A stretch of 63,986 bases of DNA, the filler included, from Choristocarpus tenellus KU-1152 (taxonomy: Eukaryota > Protista > Phaeophyceae): the NCBI GenBank assembly GCA_964200185.2. It is 12 parts of 12 records of this genome, joined end to end, with 100 filler letters (N's around TTAATTAATTAA, not from the genome) between each part and the next. Parts side by side here need not be neighbours in the genome. Positions count along the whole stretch, not along the records: positions 26,158 to 31,199 come from CAXNAD020012070.1; positions 31,300 to 34,150 come from CAXNAD020024202.1; positions 34,251 to 37,748 come from CAXNAD020019626.1; positions 37,849 to 46,982 come from CAXNAD020003956.1; 8 more parts are not named here. The stretch is one strand, 5' to 3'. The notes below the pieces were generated by a model. The model did no database searches. It worked only from the letters and a program-made list of their open reading frames with translations, and had not been told where the DNA came from. Positions 26,158 through 39,064 of this stretch are shown here, piece after piece. How positions within the stretch are numbered: position 1 is the first letter of the stretch; the number at the start of each line of letters is the position of its first letter. Position numbers and translations under genes: made by a program.

Positions 26158-28486
26158 CTTGGTAGGAATCTTTTTGCCGTTCCCAACAAGTTTCTCGCAA
26201 GTCCGAACAATACCCGCCACGGGTTCCCAGCTTACGTCCTTAACTCGCTTCTGTTTCCCACCTCGCTCGGATCTATCACCAGCGTGCACCCAGCCTTCCA
26301 CGAAACTACTTTTGCCATATTTCTCAAGGGTTAGGGTCGCGGCGTTGTCACGTGTGTGATCACTGGTCGGCCGAAGCCAGTGAATATCCACCCCACGCTC
26401 CCCATCCTCGCCGATGTGCTCCGCTAGGATCTTGCCGACCAAGAGCGGCGCCTCCGTTGCCACAAAAAAGGCAAACCTGCCTTCCTGCACCGAGAACAGG
26501 TTTCCATGGTTCCCCGATGTCAACGTTGTATGAAGCCAACCCCGTCGACGGGAGCCAGGTTCTTCCTTGTCACTGTCCGATGAGGAAGAGTGTGTTTCCT
26601 CGAGCCCACCGAGATCATTGTCACTATCAACGAGATTATCCCCCCCACCCGAATGTTTGCCCTGGTCATTGTCTTCGACGTCACTGGTGCTAGTCCCAGC
26701 GCCATTGTCACCGGTGGGAAACCAATAGACTGGGAGGTCGAACTCTCGTTCCCCTGTCTTTTGGAGGAGTCGCACAGACTCGCTTTGCTCGTGTTTCACT
26801 CTCTGAATGGCTTCATCGTCTGCGAAGGTGGAATACATGAGCATGAGAACATCAACGGTATGGATGTGTGAATGTTACTTTGTTACCAGGCGTGAGGTTT
26901 TGCGAATGCGCTCGGGGAGCATGCAGTGAGAGGGAGGGTGTATATTTCGTCGGAATCGTCTCTGCTGAGTACAAGACCGGTAGCCTCAAAACATTTATGC
27001 GGTGTAATTTATGGTAATTTAAATTGCAACATGCGACGATCAATACACATGATAATGCAATTTTTTCAACATTTTGAAAAATCTAGGGACTGCAAATGCT
27101 GCCTCGTACAAAAGTTGCACTTGATTTTTTTGGCTGCCACCGAATACCAAAATTAGCTATCAACTCCCCTCACGAGAAAATCGACTTACCCAGTGGGTAC
27201 GCAGCAGGGAGGCACTCGTGCGACGCCCAGTGCCGCTGCTCCACCTTTATGATGACGTCTTTGGGAGCGCTCTTGAGCTGATAGGGTGGTGCATCTCGGA
27301 TACAAGGCGGGTGGCCGATGAAGAGGTCGTGCGGAGGGGCGTTGGGGTCCATAGCAAGGTCTCCGCCTATCCCACTCCATTCCGTGTTGTGCATATATCG
27401 CTTTACGCTAACCTTCACCCTCCCATCACCGCCTTTTTCAACACGGAAAGCCCTGTAGCTCGTGATGTTCGGGACACGGTCGACGCGACCACGAAGGAGT
27501 CCCTTGAAGTTGCCCTCGTTCCGCAGGGTCTTGTTGTATATCGGAACCTCCGTGTAAGAGGCCTGCAGCTCTTCACCGAGCTGTGTTCTTGTGAATATGT
27601 CATTCCCTTTTATCCCACGTGAGAACCTGAAGGTAAAATGCATGTAAGCAAGTCAATTTTGAAGTGGGGGCTAAAGAAGTGAAGTGGAGAAGCAAGATAT
27701 ATATGCAGGCACAAGCTCTGATGAATCATGTATATGGAAGTATAGATATATAAATGGGTGATGTGTACATTTTTATTCATTGTTTTGTTTGGGGAGTATG
27801 TTAGGAAACAGTTTAGGCAGTTGCTGTTGTAGGTAAATTTCGTTGTGGGGAAATCAAAATCCAATCGATCAATTACAGCGTGCAACCATAAACCTTCAAT
27901 TGGTGCAACAAGTGTGAGCTGCAAGCCTCGAGGCTGTATCTGTCTGTGTAAAAACACTATGTGGCTATCGAACTTGCATATATATATTGCCTAATTACCT
28001 GGAGAAGATCTGATCGATTTTGATGTGCGTATGCCCCACCATCATAAAATGTATCTCGACAACACGAATGACACTCGCCGCAACCAACAGCCCTGCGTAT
28101 CCAAGAAAGAAGTTGTTCTTGTTCTCTGAGACGCAGTTGTCGACCTGGTCAGTTTGGGGAATCGCGAGTGAGGGAGGGATGGGCGTGAGGCCAATATGTC
28201 AGCCCGATTCGCCGCGTTTCATGGAGGAACAGGGTAGGAAAAATATTGCTAGAGCGCATGCTCTACATCACCGCCATAACACATGCAGGTTGCAACACAC
28301 AAACCAAAACTAAAGACCGTAAAGTTAGTTACTTGGTGACTGATATTCAGCGAGTATGTATTTAGTAGGTCGTGTTAAGATAAAACCTTCTTACCTGCCA
28401 ATGCGCGTGCTGGATGATGTGACTCCCCGAGTCATCGAGGCTGTTGCGGTACTTGTCGATAAGCCTTGTGAGGGCAAGGTGTGTGG
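26158..28486 (-). CDS. Spliced Sola/DUF7869-like DDD transposase with acidic linker and C-terminal BAH-like domain; exons 28486-28395, 28144-27999, 27626-27190, 26819-26158 (both ends missing)
   Basis: HAHWQ/VDNCVSENKNNFFLG...FMMVGHTHIKIDQIFS/R is the DNxxxxNKN...GHTHxxIDxxFS catalytic signature. Three GT-AG introns with matching phases and no stops across about 445 codons. Confidence 0.8.
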
Positions 28487-29486
28487 CTGTGCAGACAAGG
28501 TTGCAACCTACGCAAACAATGATGTTCAACAACTATTGGCAAAAAGTATTCTGCTCATTTAGGCATTGTATATTTGGAGCTAAAAAGAGGGGTGATGTAA
28601 TTCGTCTATGCAGTGTAGATGACACACGCCCATACGGTTGATGTACATGTCTGCGATCTCCACAGAGATTTGCATACAAGCAGGTACATGTGATACATTG
28701 TTCATGCTACTCTTGTCACCAAATCGACCTACATCCGTGACATGACCCACCCCTCACCCACGTGGACAGCCGTCAACCCAGCCCGCTAACCACAACACTA
28801 CCCTCATGTGGACATACTCCAAAAAATCAACATATAGCCCCTCAACAAACCTATTCCTAACACTTTCCACCTCCAGCATATCACTCGCTATCACAAAGAA
28901 AACCCCAATGAATACCAGTCTACCGACCAACACCTAATCCTAAGAACTTCTTCATGCCATACCCGATCATACTTAAATCGATTACATAATTTGGTCGCTC
29001 GATTTTAAAAGTTCAATTAAGGAATTACAACAATATTCATCACCGTACACCAACAAATATAACTACTCGATTAACTCCAAGTAATCCGACTAATTCCAAA
29101 CCTCGTTAGTGATGCCTCTTCACAATGAATGTAGACATTTGTTCACCTCACGAAGCACAAACCACCAGATAACCCTAATGAATGACAATTTTTTTCAATA
29201 CTTCATGAACAAAAGCACGCGAAAATGGACACTTGACCATATACCTGAACCAGTCCCCAACAATTCCTTTCATTAATTCAAGTCCAAATTCAAAAAATCC
29301 TCAAAGCAGTCGCAGTCTATTTTGCTGGACTTAAGCCTACCACGACTATAACTAAGTGTAATCCACACACATAACTACGAAACACACCATCAATCCCCCG
29401 CATATAAGCATGTTACCCAAGAATCGCGATATGGTAAAATAAACCCCAAATGGACACCCACCCACCCCTCCTAGATACTTTGGCCC

Positions 29487-31128
29487 ACCTTCTTTCCCCA
29501 CTGGCCTGGCAAACTCAAAATCTGCAAGCTTGATGGTGGCATCATCAGTGTCACTGACAAGGAGAAGTTTCTCTGACTTGAGGTCACGGTGTGCGACATC
29601 ACGATCATGACAATACCTCACTGCGTCCAGCAATACAACCAAGGTGTCTCTCGCTTCCTTCTCATTGTAGTACTGGCGGAGGACAATACAGTCAAGGAGC
29701 TCGCCACCATTGAGCACCTCCATCACAAGGTAATAGAAGTACTTCTCGTAGAATTCATACAGCTCTACAATGTTCTGGTGATCCAACTGATGCGTGCAAG
29801 ATGATAATGCAGCAAGGGATAAAGTGAGGGAGCCGTTTGGGCGCAGTCGTAGATATTAACAATACAGTCAAAAACTCGCAGAAACAATCTTGAGGCATGG
29901 CGCTAGGGTAATACATTGTCAAAGAAGGTGTTTGGTACAGAAAAGTACAGCTCTTGATCCATGCTCATACCACAGCTGTGTTCAAAGGAGATTGGGGACT
30001 TGGAAAACAAAACGCTTTTTCTCTAGTTGAGTCAAGCAACAAAACTACTGCTACATCCCCCTCTCACTAAAATCTTGTTAGTTTTGACCTGATCAAATAA
30101 GCACAATAGGAAGCAGATTAACCACACCCATTTGATGTGGGAATATGATACAAATTGCAGAAAATATTTCAATTGTACTTGAAATCAGTACTAATATTTT
30201 GGTAGATTCTTGTGTCATAGAAATATTAACAAACTGAGCAAAATGCTTGCTGGGAACAAAAGAGGCGGGGAACAGATGCCTCAAATTAGCGTAAGGCATG
30301 ACAAATGGGGTAGGAATATGAACCCGATTAAAACCAGGAAGATGTGCAGAGAACGTCTGGCACAGAGGCAGCGACAAGCTGCTTATGGGTATGAGGTTAA
30401 GTGGCAGACACGCTGTATTAAAAATGATTAACGGGACCCTCCACTTTCGTATCGACTGCAACCGAAGTTTGCAATCTCCTACTGATGTGGGGATGACACG
30501 CCAAAATAGGCCCAGCTAGGGACAGTCTCCAGTTCGCTGTTTATACAGTTTGGGCAAGAAAATATCAGTGAAGTCTAACAAACAAATTCTCTTGAAGTAA
30601 AGCACTGTTGTTGATGACAAGTAAGGAGTTCTCTACACCCACGCATGCGATCTATATGTCGGGCATTCCTTTAGTCAGCACGAACTTCACAAACACCGTG
30701 CAGACACAGCATTTTTTTTTTCACAGTTAGACACTGTGATGAAGCTAACCTCCGTAGATTGTAGCCATTGAAAGGTCCTACACACACGATTGTATTCATT
30801 GTACTCCGAAATGTTCAAGTTGCACACTGAATTGCCTCGTGAATGAAGTTCATATCCACCATGCATTAGATTACACATGAGGCCTTTTGGCCATCAGCTG
30901 TGTATATATACGATTTATTCGAAATCTACTGTACCAAAGCATGTTAGATGCCATTAAAGCGACAACACCAATGATGAATCTATTACGTGTTAGTAACAGT
31001 CAAAGCCTATCCAATCTGCTTGTCAAACACAAACGTTCTCTCCCCCTTGACCCAGCGCACCTCCTGCAAAATTTTGACCTCCATCTTGAGGTCTGCTTCA
31101 TCTTCAGGAGGAAGGTCGGCATGCTTTG
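29487..31128 (-). pseudogene. Unprocessed CaMK-family Ser/Thr kinase pseudogene fragment (exons about 31128-31061 and 29786-29487)
   Basis: DLPPEDEADLKMEVKILQE/LDHQNIVELY...GGELLDCIV...HRDLKSEK...IKLADFE. HRDLKPEN and DFG are mutated, the 3' end is cut by a MITE TIR at 29486 and the N-lobe is missing. Confidence 0.8.
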
Positions 31129-31608
31129 TTCGTAGATAGTGCTGCTGATATACTATAGACACCACTGGTGGATTATGTGATAGGGTAGAGAGCCAAGATN
31201 NNNNNNNNNNNNNNNNNNNNNNNNNNNNNNNNNNNNNNNNNNNTTAATTAATTAANNNNNNNNNNNNNNNNNNNNNNNNNNNNNNNNNNNNNNNNNNNNG
31301 AAGGTGGAATGGCAATACACTACAAGAGAATTACAGGGAGGCATAGGGGTACACGATTAATCCTAGAGGGAGAAGGGATAGGGGGTGTATGGCGATGATT
31401 GCAGATGTCCACCACTTCATGTCTAGCAATCTATACTATTAATATTATCTTAGCTCAAGTTTATGTCAAGTTTTTCTTTTCAAAATATTAATGTTAACGT
31501 TTATTGTATTCACAGTCTAATCACAGTCCTCATATATCCGAACCCTCACCTTTCCCCAACCCCCCCTTGGCAACACCCCCACCCCTCCCCCTCCCTTCCT
31601 TACTGCAG

Positions 31609-33468
31609 AAGCCCTGGCCAGGTAGGCCAACTCGTGCATGGGCTATGTCGTTACATGTTCATCAGGTGCTAGGGGATTTGGACTTGTGTGGCAACAGTAT
31701 AAGAGAGGCCGAGAGGATAGCTTTTTCCATGCATTATGTGAGCCATGAGTTTGGTGAAGGTTGGGGGCTAGGGTATATCCTGAACTGAAGAAATCACAGT
31801 CTGTACCTTTCCTTCACAATGAATCTGAAGTGGATGGGATCATGGTTATATGGATCATGATGAGCACTTGAGTGTTGATAGACGAAGTGTTACTGTTTTT
31901 TTTTTTTTTTTTTCTTGAGGTATTCATAGTGTGCTGTATATATATGAAATCCTCAAAAATGTATTTGAAGGGCGTTGAAGGTGCTTGGGAAAGAGATCAT
32001 TGTATTGCGTTCACTTTAGGATTGGCAGTGTCTAGGATTATTTTGTTACTGCTTTTTGCAATAATCTTTTTGCAATAATCTTTTTGCAATGATCTTTTTG
32101 CAATGATCTTTTTGTAATAATCTTTTTGCAATAATCTTTTTGCAATGATCTTTTTGTAATAATCTTTTTGCAATAATCATTTTGTAGTAAGCTTTTTAAA
32201 ATAATCTTTTTGTAGTAATTTTTTTGTGAGACAAGAAGTACCAGGTACAAGATCCCCAAATGTCCTCTTGTGGTTACTAGAGTCCCCCCTCCCCTTACTG
32301 TACAGGATGGGCGAACTACTACAGACAACGTTCCGAAAGGACCAGTAGGTGCATGCCTAGTCCAAGTGGGACCAGGACTGTGGGCATTTGGGATGAGTAG
32401 CCTCCATGAGTACCTGGTTGCGCAGCATGTGGTTCGGTTTCTCACAGGGAGGGAAAGGGACAGGAGGAGCAGGGATTTGACCAGTGTCTCAGGGAAATTA
32501 CTATCTCCTCCTGCACCAGGTAGGAGGTATTTGCACTGTACTTCGATAGTTGTATATGCAGTTGAATTTATCATTGTTACTATACTTATGCTAGCACTGC
32601 GTGTTGGTACATGTACCTGATACTCCCACTTGTACATGTGTCACCCTATGGTACATAGCTTGTACAGTGTTGTGATACTTGTAATGTACTCCCTCCCTCT
32701 CTCTTGCTGATGTTTTGCAGATTCATGGTTGTGGGTACCAAGTCCTGTGCGACTCATTGCAGGTGTTGGTCTAGTGAAAGTTGTATTGATCTGTGTAGTA
32801 GAATTGAGTGCTAATGCAGGTACTCTAGTCTGGAGTACAAATGAGTTTTGATGATGTGATAATCATGAATGGCAACACGATTGGGGGTATTTTATGTTCC
32901 TGGTGGAGATAATTGAATCAAGCCAGTCACAATACTGGAACACTGTTGAAAACCTGTGTGGCCAATTTCCCCTCGTCAACTATCAACTGTGAGTAACTTA
33001 GTGATTGCAGTAATGCTTGAAGAAATCTATGCTAGCACTTTAGTATCTATGACAAGAATGGTTAGTACTTACGGCTTGAAGCTTACAGATGTTTGTTTTT
33101 CACATCCAAAGTTGCATTCCCCCAAGCCATACAGACCGCCCTAACCCTTCCCCTTACCTCCTTCTCTTCCCTAACCTCTAAAAGGTGTCTTCTCATTGCC
33201 AACAAAAATAATCCAACCTCAATCTCCTTCCTCCCCCCTCCCTTCCCCCCTCCCCTGTATCTGACCGATTATATTTATATCAGACTCTACTTGGCTCGGC
33301 AGGGTGGCCCTTCCCCGCAATACAACCCCCTCCTCCAGACTGTGCTTTGGGGTTTGCAATTTGGTGCTCTTGTACCTGGCGGAGTTGTGTTTGACAGAGG
33401 AGGAGTTGCCGGCTAGCCTGTTGAATGTTGTGATGTCTTCCAAGATTTTGTCTCACCCAAGGATGAAG
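31609..33468 (+). CDS. Candidate internal exons of an unidentified gene (e.g. about 31609-31665, 32306-32519, 32721-32762, 33339-33468)
   Basis: Good acceptors and donors around open segments. AFGMSSLHEYLVAQHVV loosely recalls the NACHT winged-helix FxHxSxQEYLAA motif. Phases not fully reconciled. Confidence 0.35.
32054..32222. repeat. 14-bp minisatellite (ATAATCTTTTTGCA)n, about 12 copies
   Basis: Direct reading. Confidence 0.92.
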
Positions 33469-35286
33469 GTGTGTTTGTTTGTCTGTACTGTGTTTGTGCC
33501 TGTGACGTTTAGCAACAAATCTTTCCTAGTTACAGTTGTGCTGAAAGTGACTGATTTGGAACCTTAGTACTTTGGAGTAGTGTTCTTCTGCATTAATAGT
33601 ATTGTTCTACTCTTATGTGGCACTTGTAACCTGAGGGGTATTGGGTTTTCGTAATAGGTGACATTGGGGAGGCATGAGTGGTGCTTGCCATATTTTATTC
33701 TTTGTGTTTGGCTGTGCTGAAGGTGGTTGTGACAGTGTGTATTTAGTGTGATGAAATTGTGGTATGACTCAAAGCAGGATATCTGACAGAGTTAACAGGA
33801 CGGTACTAGGAAGTACTTCATATTGTCACTATGGAACAGTGCTACGAAACACCAATGGCGTACCATACAAAGTACATAAGGATGGTATATTAAAGTTCCG
33901 CTGGACAGTACCACAACGTTCTGCAGGATTATGCTGAATTAGGTACTCCATAGGAATAAGTTATTTTCATTATATTATAGTTGACTGTAGGTGACAGCCA
34001 TCTCTCCGCACAGTTTTGTGCAAGTCTTGTATAGAAACCCTCGCCATATCCATTGTCACATCTTGTTGATATTTATAGCACAATATGAGATCATTCCTCA
34101 GTGGAAATCTCGGGGGGGGGGCGATGAAACAGGGGGTTCAATTGCATTTTNNNNNNNNNNNNNNNNNNNNNNNNNNNNNNNNNNNNNNNNNNNNTTAATT
34201 AATTAANNNNNNNNNNNNNNNNNNNNNNNNNNNNNNNNNNNNNNNNNNNNTCTCCCCCAGATACTTTGAGCCATATTTTGCTACTGATTTCTGGCCATCC
34301 TTCTTATTCTGTAAGGACATGGGGGGTGAAGAGGGAGCATGCTAACTTTCAAGGTGACGAGTAGCATGACTGTCTTAATCATCTGCTCTGAAGTGTCTGT
34401 ACTCCTCACAACATCAAGGCCGGAAGAAAATAAGTTGTGCCTCATTAATAAGAATTGGCAACACTATTACTGGACATCGAGGAAAGGCAAAAAATAAAAT
34501 TCATAGGAGATGTTCTTCATGCAGGGCAAAGTGTCGGATTTAGATACGGGAAGAGAGGAACCTGTAGTGATTCCATGTCATTAGAGTGAAGGTATCAGAT
34601 GTAAGGGTGCTTTCCTTCATCTAAACCCACCTTCCTTTTCCATCCCCCTGTGCCTGAACCAAATCCAAAGAAGAATCACTTGCCAAAACAGGCATCAGAC
34701 TGGCGTATCTTACAACCGCCCATCAAGCCCCAAATGGACAACTTGAGCAAAACACCCCTCCTCTAAGACACTATGGCACAGTTGTGTCATTCTGCTTCCT
34801 CTGAAGGTGGATTGAAACGCCACCTACACGGTGCACCCTCAAATGTACCAAAAGCAAGGGGTATGTGGCTCAAAACGTGATGGCGCTGCCCACAGGCCTG
34901 CACACAGTCACCTGTGTGGTCCCTCCAGCAGCTAGTGAGGTGAAACCCTCTGACTCTTCATCGTCACCCCAACCCACTTCCACCTTCCCTTCTCCATCTT
35001 TTGCCCTCTCCCTTTCCACTCCATGCACTGTCCTCCATGTCTTTGGCAGAGACAGAGCATACTCAGTGTAGAGACAATCTCCACCTCCATCAAACCCAGA
35101 GGCAGATATGATCTGAACCATCACAATACAAATATGAAGGAGTGAGAAAGGTAGAGAGGGGTTCAGAGTCAGTATATTCATAGGTATGAATGGTCACATA
35201 TACATGCACTATCTCAGTTGACTTGTTAGATTCAAGAACCAAGTTACAGAAATTGCAGAATCAGCAGCAGTAGATCTGTCGAATAC

Positions 35287-37476
35287 CTTGCTTGGAAACA
35301 ACGCGATTGGTCTATTGTTGACTCCGACCAAATGTTGCCATAAGTCTCGAAGTGTGAACCCTGACTAAGAAGATGGGCCCTACAATACCTCCTACAAAAT
35401 CGTTCGCTTGACTCCGAACAGGACCATGCAATACTCCCTGCAAAAACGTTTGCCACCTACTTCCCCTCACTTCTTATGCCATACTTTCTGCAGTGTGGCA
35501 AGTCAATGTACTGAAGATGATGCACTGGCAGTAAAGGTACATCCGAAAAGAGCAAGCGAGCCAAAGTACCTTAGAGGGCAGAGTCACGTCCATTTGGGGG
35601 CCAAAATCCAATGTTGCGATTTTGATGTAATTTTGGCTGTTGTGTTTGTTAGGAAGTGTCAATATCCTCGTTCCGGACACACCTTTTCATAACCTATACT
35701 TTTTACCTGCTCCGAAATATTTTGGAGTAGGTAAAATGTAATTTTAAAAAGCATGGGAAGCCAAGTCCCAAATAGACAAACGGGGAAAATCTCGTACCCT
35801 CTAAGATACTCTCAATCAAGCATGGAAGCGCATCCCTCAAGGACCAGCTTCTTGGTATTTTACCTCCATAAACGTGTGCAGAGTAAGCAAGCATCCAACC
35901 GGGGGTGCTCCAAGTAAATGTGTTCCAGCTGCCTGCAGAGAGGAGGAACAAAATGATTTGTGAGGGATAGTTATTCTGTAGTGCTGAACAGGAATTGCGA
36001 TAACTCTATTGGGGATGAGCAAAATCACAAGTCCAAAAACGGCAGCAATATAGTTGATTCCATTAAGAGCAGAATATATGCAAACCTCCCCTTAGAGTCG
36101 AGAATCAATACGTTCTTCCAGAAGAGCATACATTTACACACTCTGGACTTAAAGAGATTATGTAAAAAATCACTTAGCTGATTCATCTAGCATTTAAGCA
36201 ATTGGTTGGACCAAATCAGTGATAATGCATTCCTCCAGGATATACGTTGTCCCCCAAGTTAAGACAATTTCTGTATATTATTCCAGGGTCTAGTAGGTAA
36301 AAGATACAGCTTGTTCTGAATCGCTGTTACTATTAGTTTGCTTCAAAGTGGTGCTTATGTTGTCAATGGTGTTGCTATTTAGAAAGGTGCTACTTTTCGT
36401 TTCTTGCGATGCAAGACTCCAGAGCACATGCAATAAAGTAGCTGGTCGACCCATAGTATTTAAGAGGGTAGGAGTTTTGCTCTGTTTGTCTGTTTGGGGC
36501 TTGGCTTCTTGCAGGTTTCTTATAATCTTTTTCTGTCTTCTGTGTGAAAGCAGTTACCTAAAATGTATGCAACTATGAAAGGTGTGTCTGGAACAAGGAT
36601 ATCGACACTTTCTAACAAGCACGATAGCCAAAATTACATCAAAATAACAAAATTAGATTTTGGACCCTAAACAGACACGGCCCTACCATCTTATATGCTC
36701 TGGCTCATTTCCCCTTGTTATTAACTAGGATGTAGCTGGTTGGCTGGGTAGTCGGTTGTTCCCATACACTCTATCGCACACCTTGTGTCCTGCTCCACTT
36801 TAAGAACTTGACCAAGGCAAAGAAGGTTTCGAAATAGGTTGATTTTGAATGGCGTTTTTCCTGTCCACAACAAAAGGTTTGCACAGTTTTATTTCCAGCA
36901 ACAGCTATGCATTCAAATAGATGTATCAAGTTAACATGTTCTAGCCAACGGGATACACTCTCACCCTGCCACATCTTGCAGTTCCGACAGTGTACGTTCA
37001 CATCATACTGTCATTGATACTGGCATTACAAGGAATGAATGGTCCAAAGTAAGAACGGCCTATTGAATTAATTTCTCGAAGAAAATATTAAGAAAATTCA
37101 CATGGTAATGAAATTTAAAATATGGGAATAAAAGTGGAACGACACGAATATATCATTACCACGACGCAATCAATGACTACTATCGATTGTAGAAACACAG
37201 ACGCCTCTTTCCGTCTGTGTTAGCCTGCTTTTTGCACCCAGGAACAACAAACAGAAGCATCCAATGTGAGATTTTGATGTTTTCCATCCATTCATGACAC
37301 ATTTCAGCCTTTCCCCTGCCGTTCTATGCTGGCAGTCTGCATCACATGTCTCAAATTTGTTCATCATAGATCAATAGTCTGATTGTGCCCCTGTTTGTCT
37401 CTGCCTCACACACTGGAGTGAATACCTCAGGATTGTCCTTCAGAGTATGAGGTGCATTCTCTGTACAGTCTGAAAC
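35287..37476 (-). CDS. Internal exons of an unidentified gene: 37476-37426, 36974-36965 (10-nt microexon), 36860-36782, 35932-35864, 35391-35287; probably continues at about 35050-34910
   Basis: A phase-consistent GT-AG chain gives VSDCTENAPHTLKDNPE/MWQG/KTPFKINLFRNLLCLGQVLKVEQDTR/QLEHIYLEHPRLDACLLCTRLWR/RYCRAHLLSQGSHFETYGNIWSESTIDQSRCFQAR. Family not recognised. Confidence 0.55.
35558..35817. mobile_element. MITE subfamily B (intronic)
   Basis: GAGCCAAAGTACCTTAGAGGG ... CCCTCTAAGATACTCTCAATC; colinear with 58931-59205. Confidence 0.85.
36448..36706. mobile_element. MITE subfamily B (intronic, diverged)
   Basis: GACCCATAGTATTTAAGAGGGTAG ... CTACCATCTTATATGCTCTGGCTC; colinear with 20312-20569. 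Confidence 0.8.
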
Positions 37477-37595
37477 CTGATGAAAGTGTCCAATAGCACT
37501 CTATATTACTGGGGGTGGATAAGTGAGTGTTTTCTGAGATAGTGTAGGGGTTAAACTTCCCTCAAAGACATCAAGGTGCTATGTTGTTCCTGATT

Positions 37596-37748
37596 GGCTC
37601 AAAGCATCAGGATAGGGGGGGGTGGCTGTCCATTCGGGGCCCATTTTTCCATGCCGTGATTTTTGGGTGATTTGGTTGCATGCGTCGGATGGATAATGTA
37701 AGTGCACTTCTCCTGGTCAGGGCCCAAATGGACACCCTGATGTAGACC
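37596..37748. mobile_element. MITE subfamily A, truncated at the contig end
   Basis: GGCTCAAAGCATC... with internal sequence closely matching 16718-16899. Confidence 0.82.
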
Positions 37749-37848
37749 NNNNNNNNNNNNNNNNNNNNNNNNNNNNNNNNNNNNNNNNNNNNTTAATTAA
37801 TTAANNNNNNNNNNNNNNNNNNNNNNNNNNNNNNNNNNNNNNNNNNNN

Positions 37849-37975
37849 ATGTACTAGTAGGTACAGTACTACCAATGTACTAGTAGGTACAGTACTACCA
37901 ATGTACTAGTAGGTACAGTACTACAAATGTACTAGTAGGTACAGTACTACAAATGTACTAGTAGGTATGGTACTA
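37849..37975. repeat. 26-bp minisatellite (ATGTACTAGTAGGTACAGTACTACMA)n, about 4.8 copies
   Basis: Direct reading. Confidence 0.9.
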
Positions 37976-38998
37976 GCACTATACACATCATTGATACTGT
38001 AACGACTAGTACACAGTCAGTACCGAACCTACAAGTACGGAGTACCCCACATACAAGTACACCTCTAGTACCGTTCCAAGCCGTACATGACTAAAAAATA
38101 GTCTACAAGTACAAATTCAGTATTGACCATGCCGGCACAGTACAACTATCACCCCACCAGTACATACATAACTAGAACCATAGCTGCAAGTACAAGACTA
38201 GTACCGTAGCTACAACATCATTGCCAATCCGCACCTACAAGTACATCAAGGGAAGTATCACCCCTTTCATAGACTGGGGTAGTCAAAAGGGAATATAGAG
38301 GAGTCAAAAGAGTCCAATTGAACAGGGTCAACTATCTGGGAAAAAACTGAGATAAATGGTATGTGTATAGCACCAGTGGTAAGTAAAAATATGTATATAA
38401 CACCAAGTGGTAAGTAAATATATGTATATAACACCAAGTGGTAAGTGAAAACGATAAGGGAGGTGGCAACTCTTGCAGTCAACTGTTTTTACTACTGGCC
38501 ACTCTCACACTGCACCAATCATAGTGTCCAGTAAGGTTTCTCCATATTCAGCAACTCTGAGCAACCAACCCCCGAGTACATTGATTTCCTCCCTCCAATA
38601 TCTACTTGGACCAAGCCAGTACTGGAGGTCCAATTCCTGCATGCCACACTCACCCCTCCATCATCAAACCACTCAATCATGATTCAATACCTCCTTACAT
38701 CAAGCACATTGTCCACCATGGAGAGGGACACTTCTTTCAAAATCAGAGATACTGAAAAGTCACCGAATCAAACACATGCCTTTAACACCAGGTTTGAGGT
38801 TCAAAGTTCAAGGTTCAAGGTTCAAGGTTCAAGGTTCCAAAAAAACAAGAAAAAAAAAGGTACGGATGTATCAAGGGCCGGGGCTAACGTTTGCTGTTTG
38901 CGGTAAAATATCGACAAACCTATCAATAGCTCATTTACCACTAGGCAGCAATCAGTATCATACAATCTAACATGCATGTCAAGACACTGAGGAGACGA

Positions 38999-39064
38999 CA
39001 ACCATCTTGGTGGTACCTTACAACCATCTTGGTGGTACCTTACAACCATCTTGGTGGTACCTTA
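38999..39064. repeat. 22-bp tandem repeat (CAACCATCTTGGTGGTACCTTA)x3
   Basis: Direct reading. Confidence 0.9.

Noticed and set aside
32038-32637. 199-aa minus-strand ORF with KKIITKRSLQKDYC repeats
   Set aside because: It is a translation of the 14-bp minisatellite plus the antisense of a plus-strand exon.
37849-39064. Short tandem repeats (26, about 31, 7 and 22 bp) as CRISPR-like arrays
   Set aside because: Head-to-tail units with no unique spacers and no cas genes; eukaryotic minisatellites.
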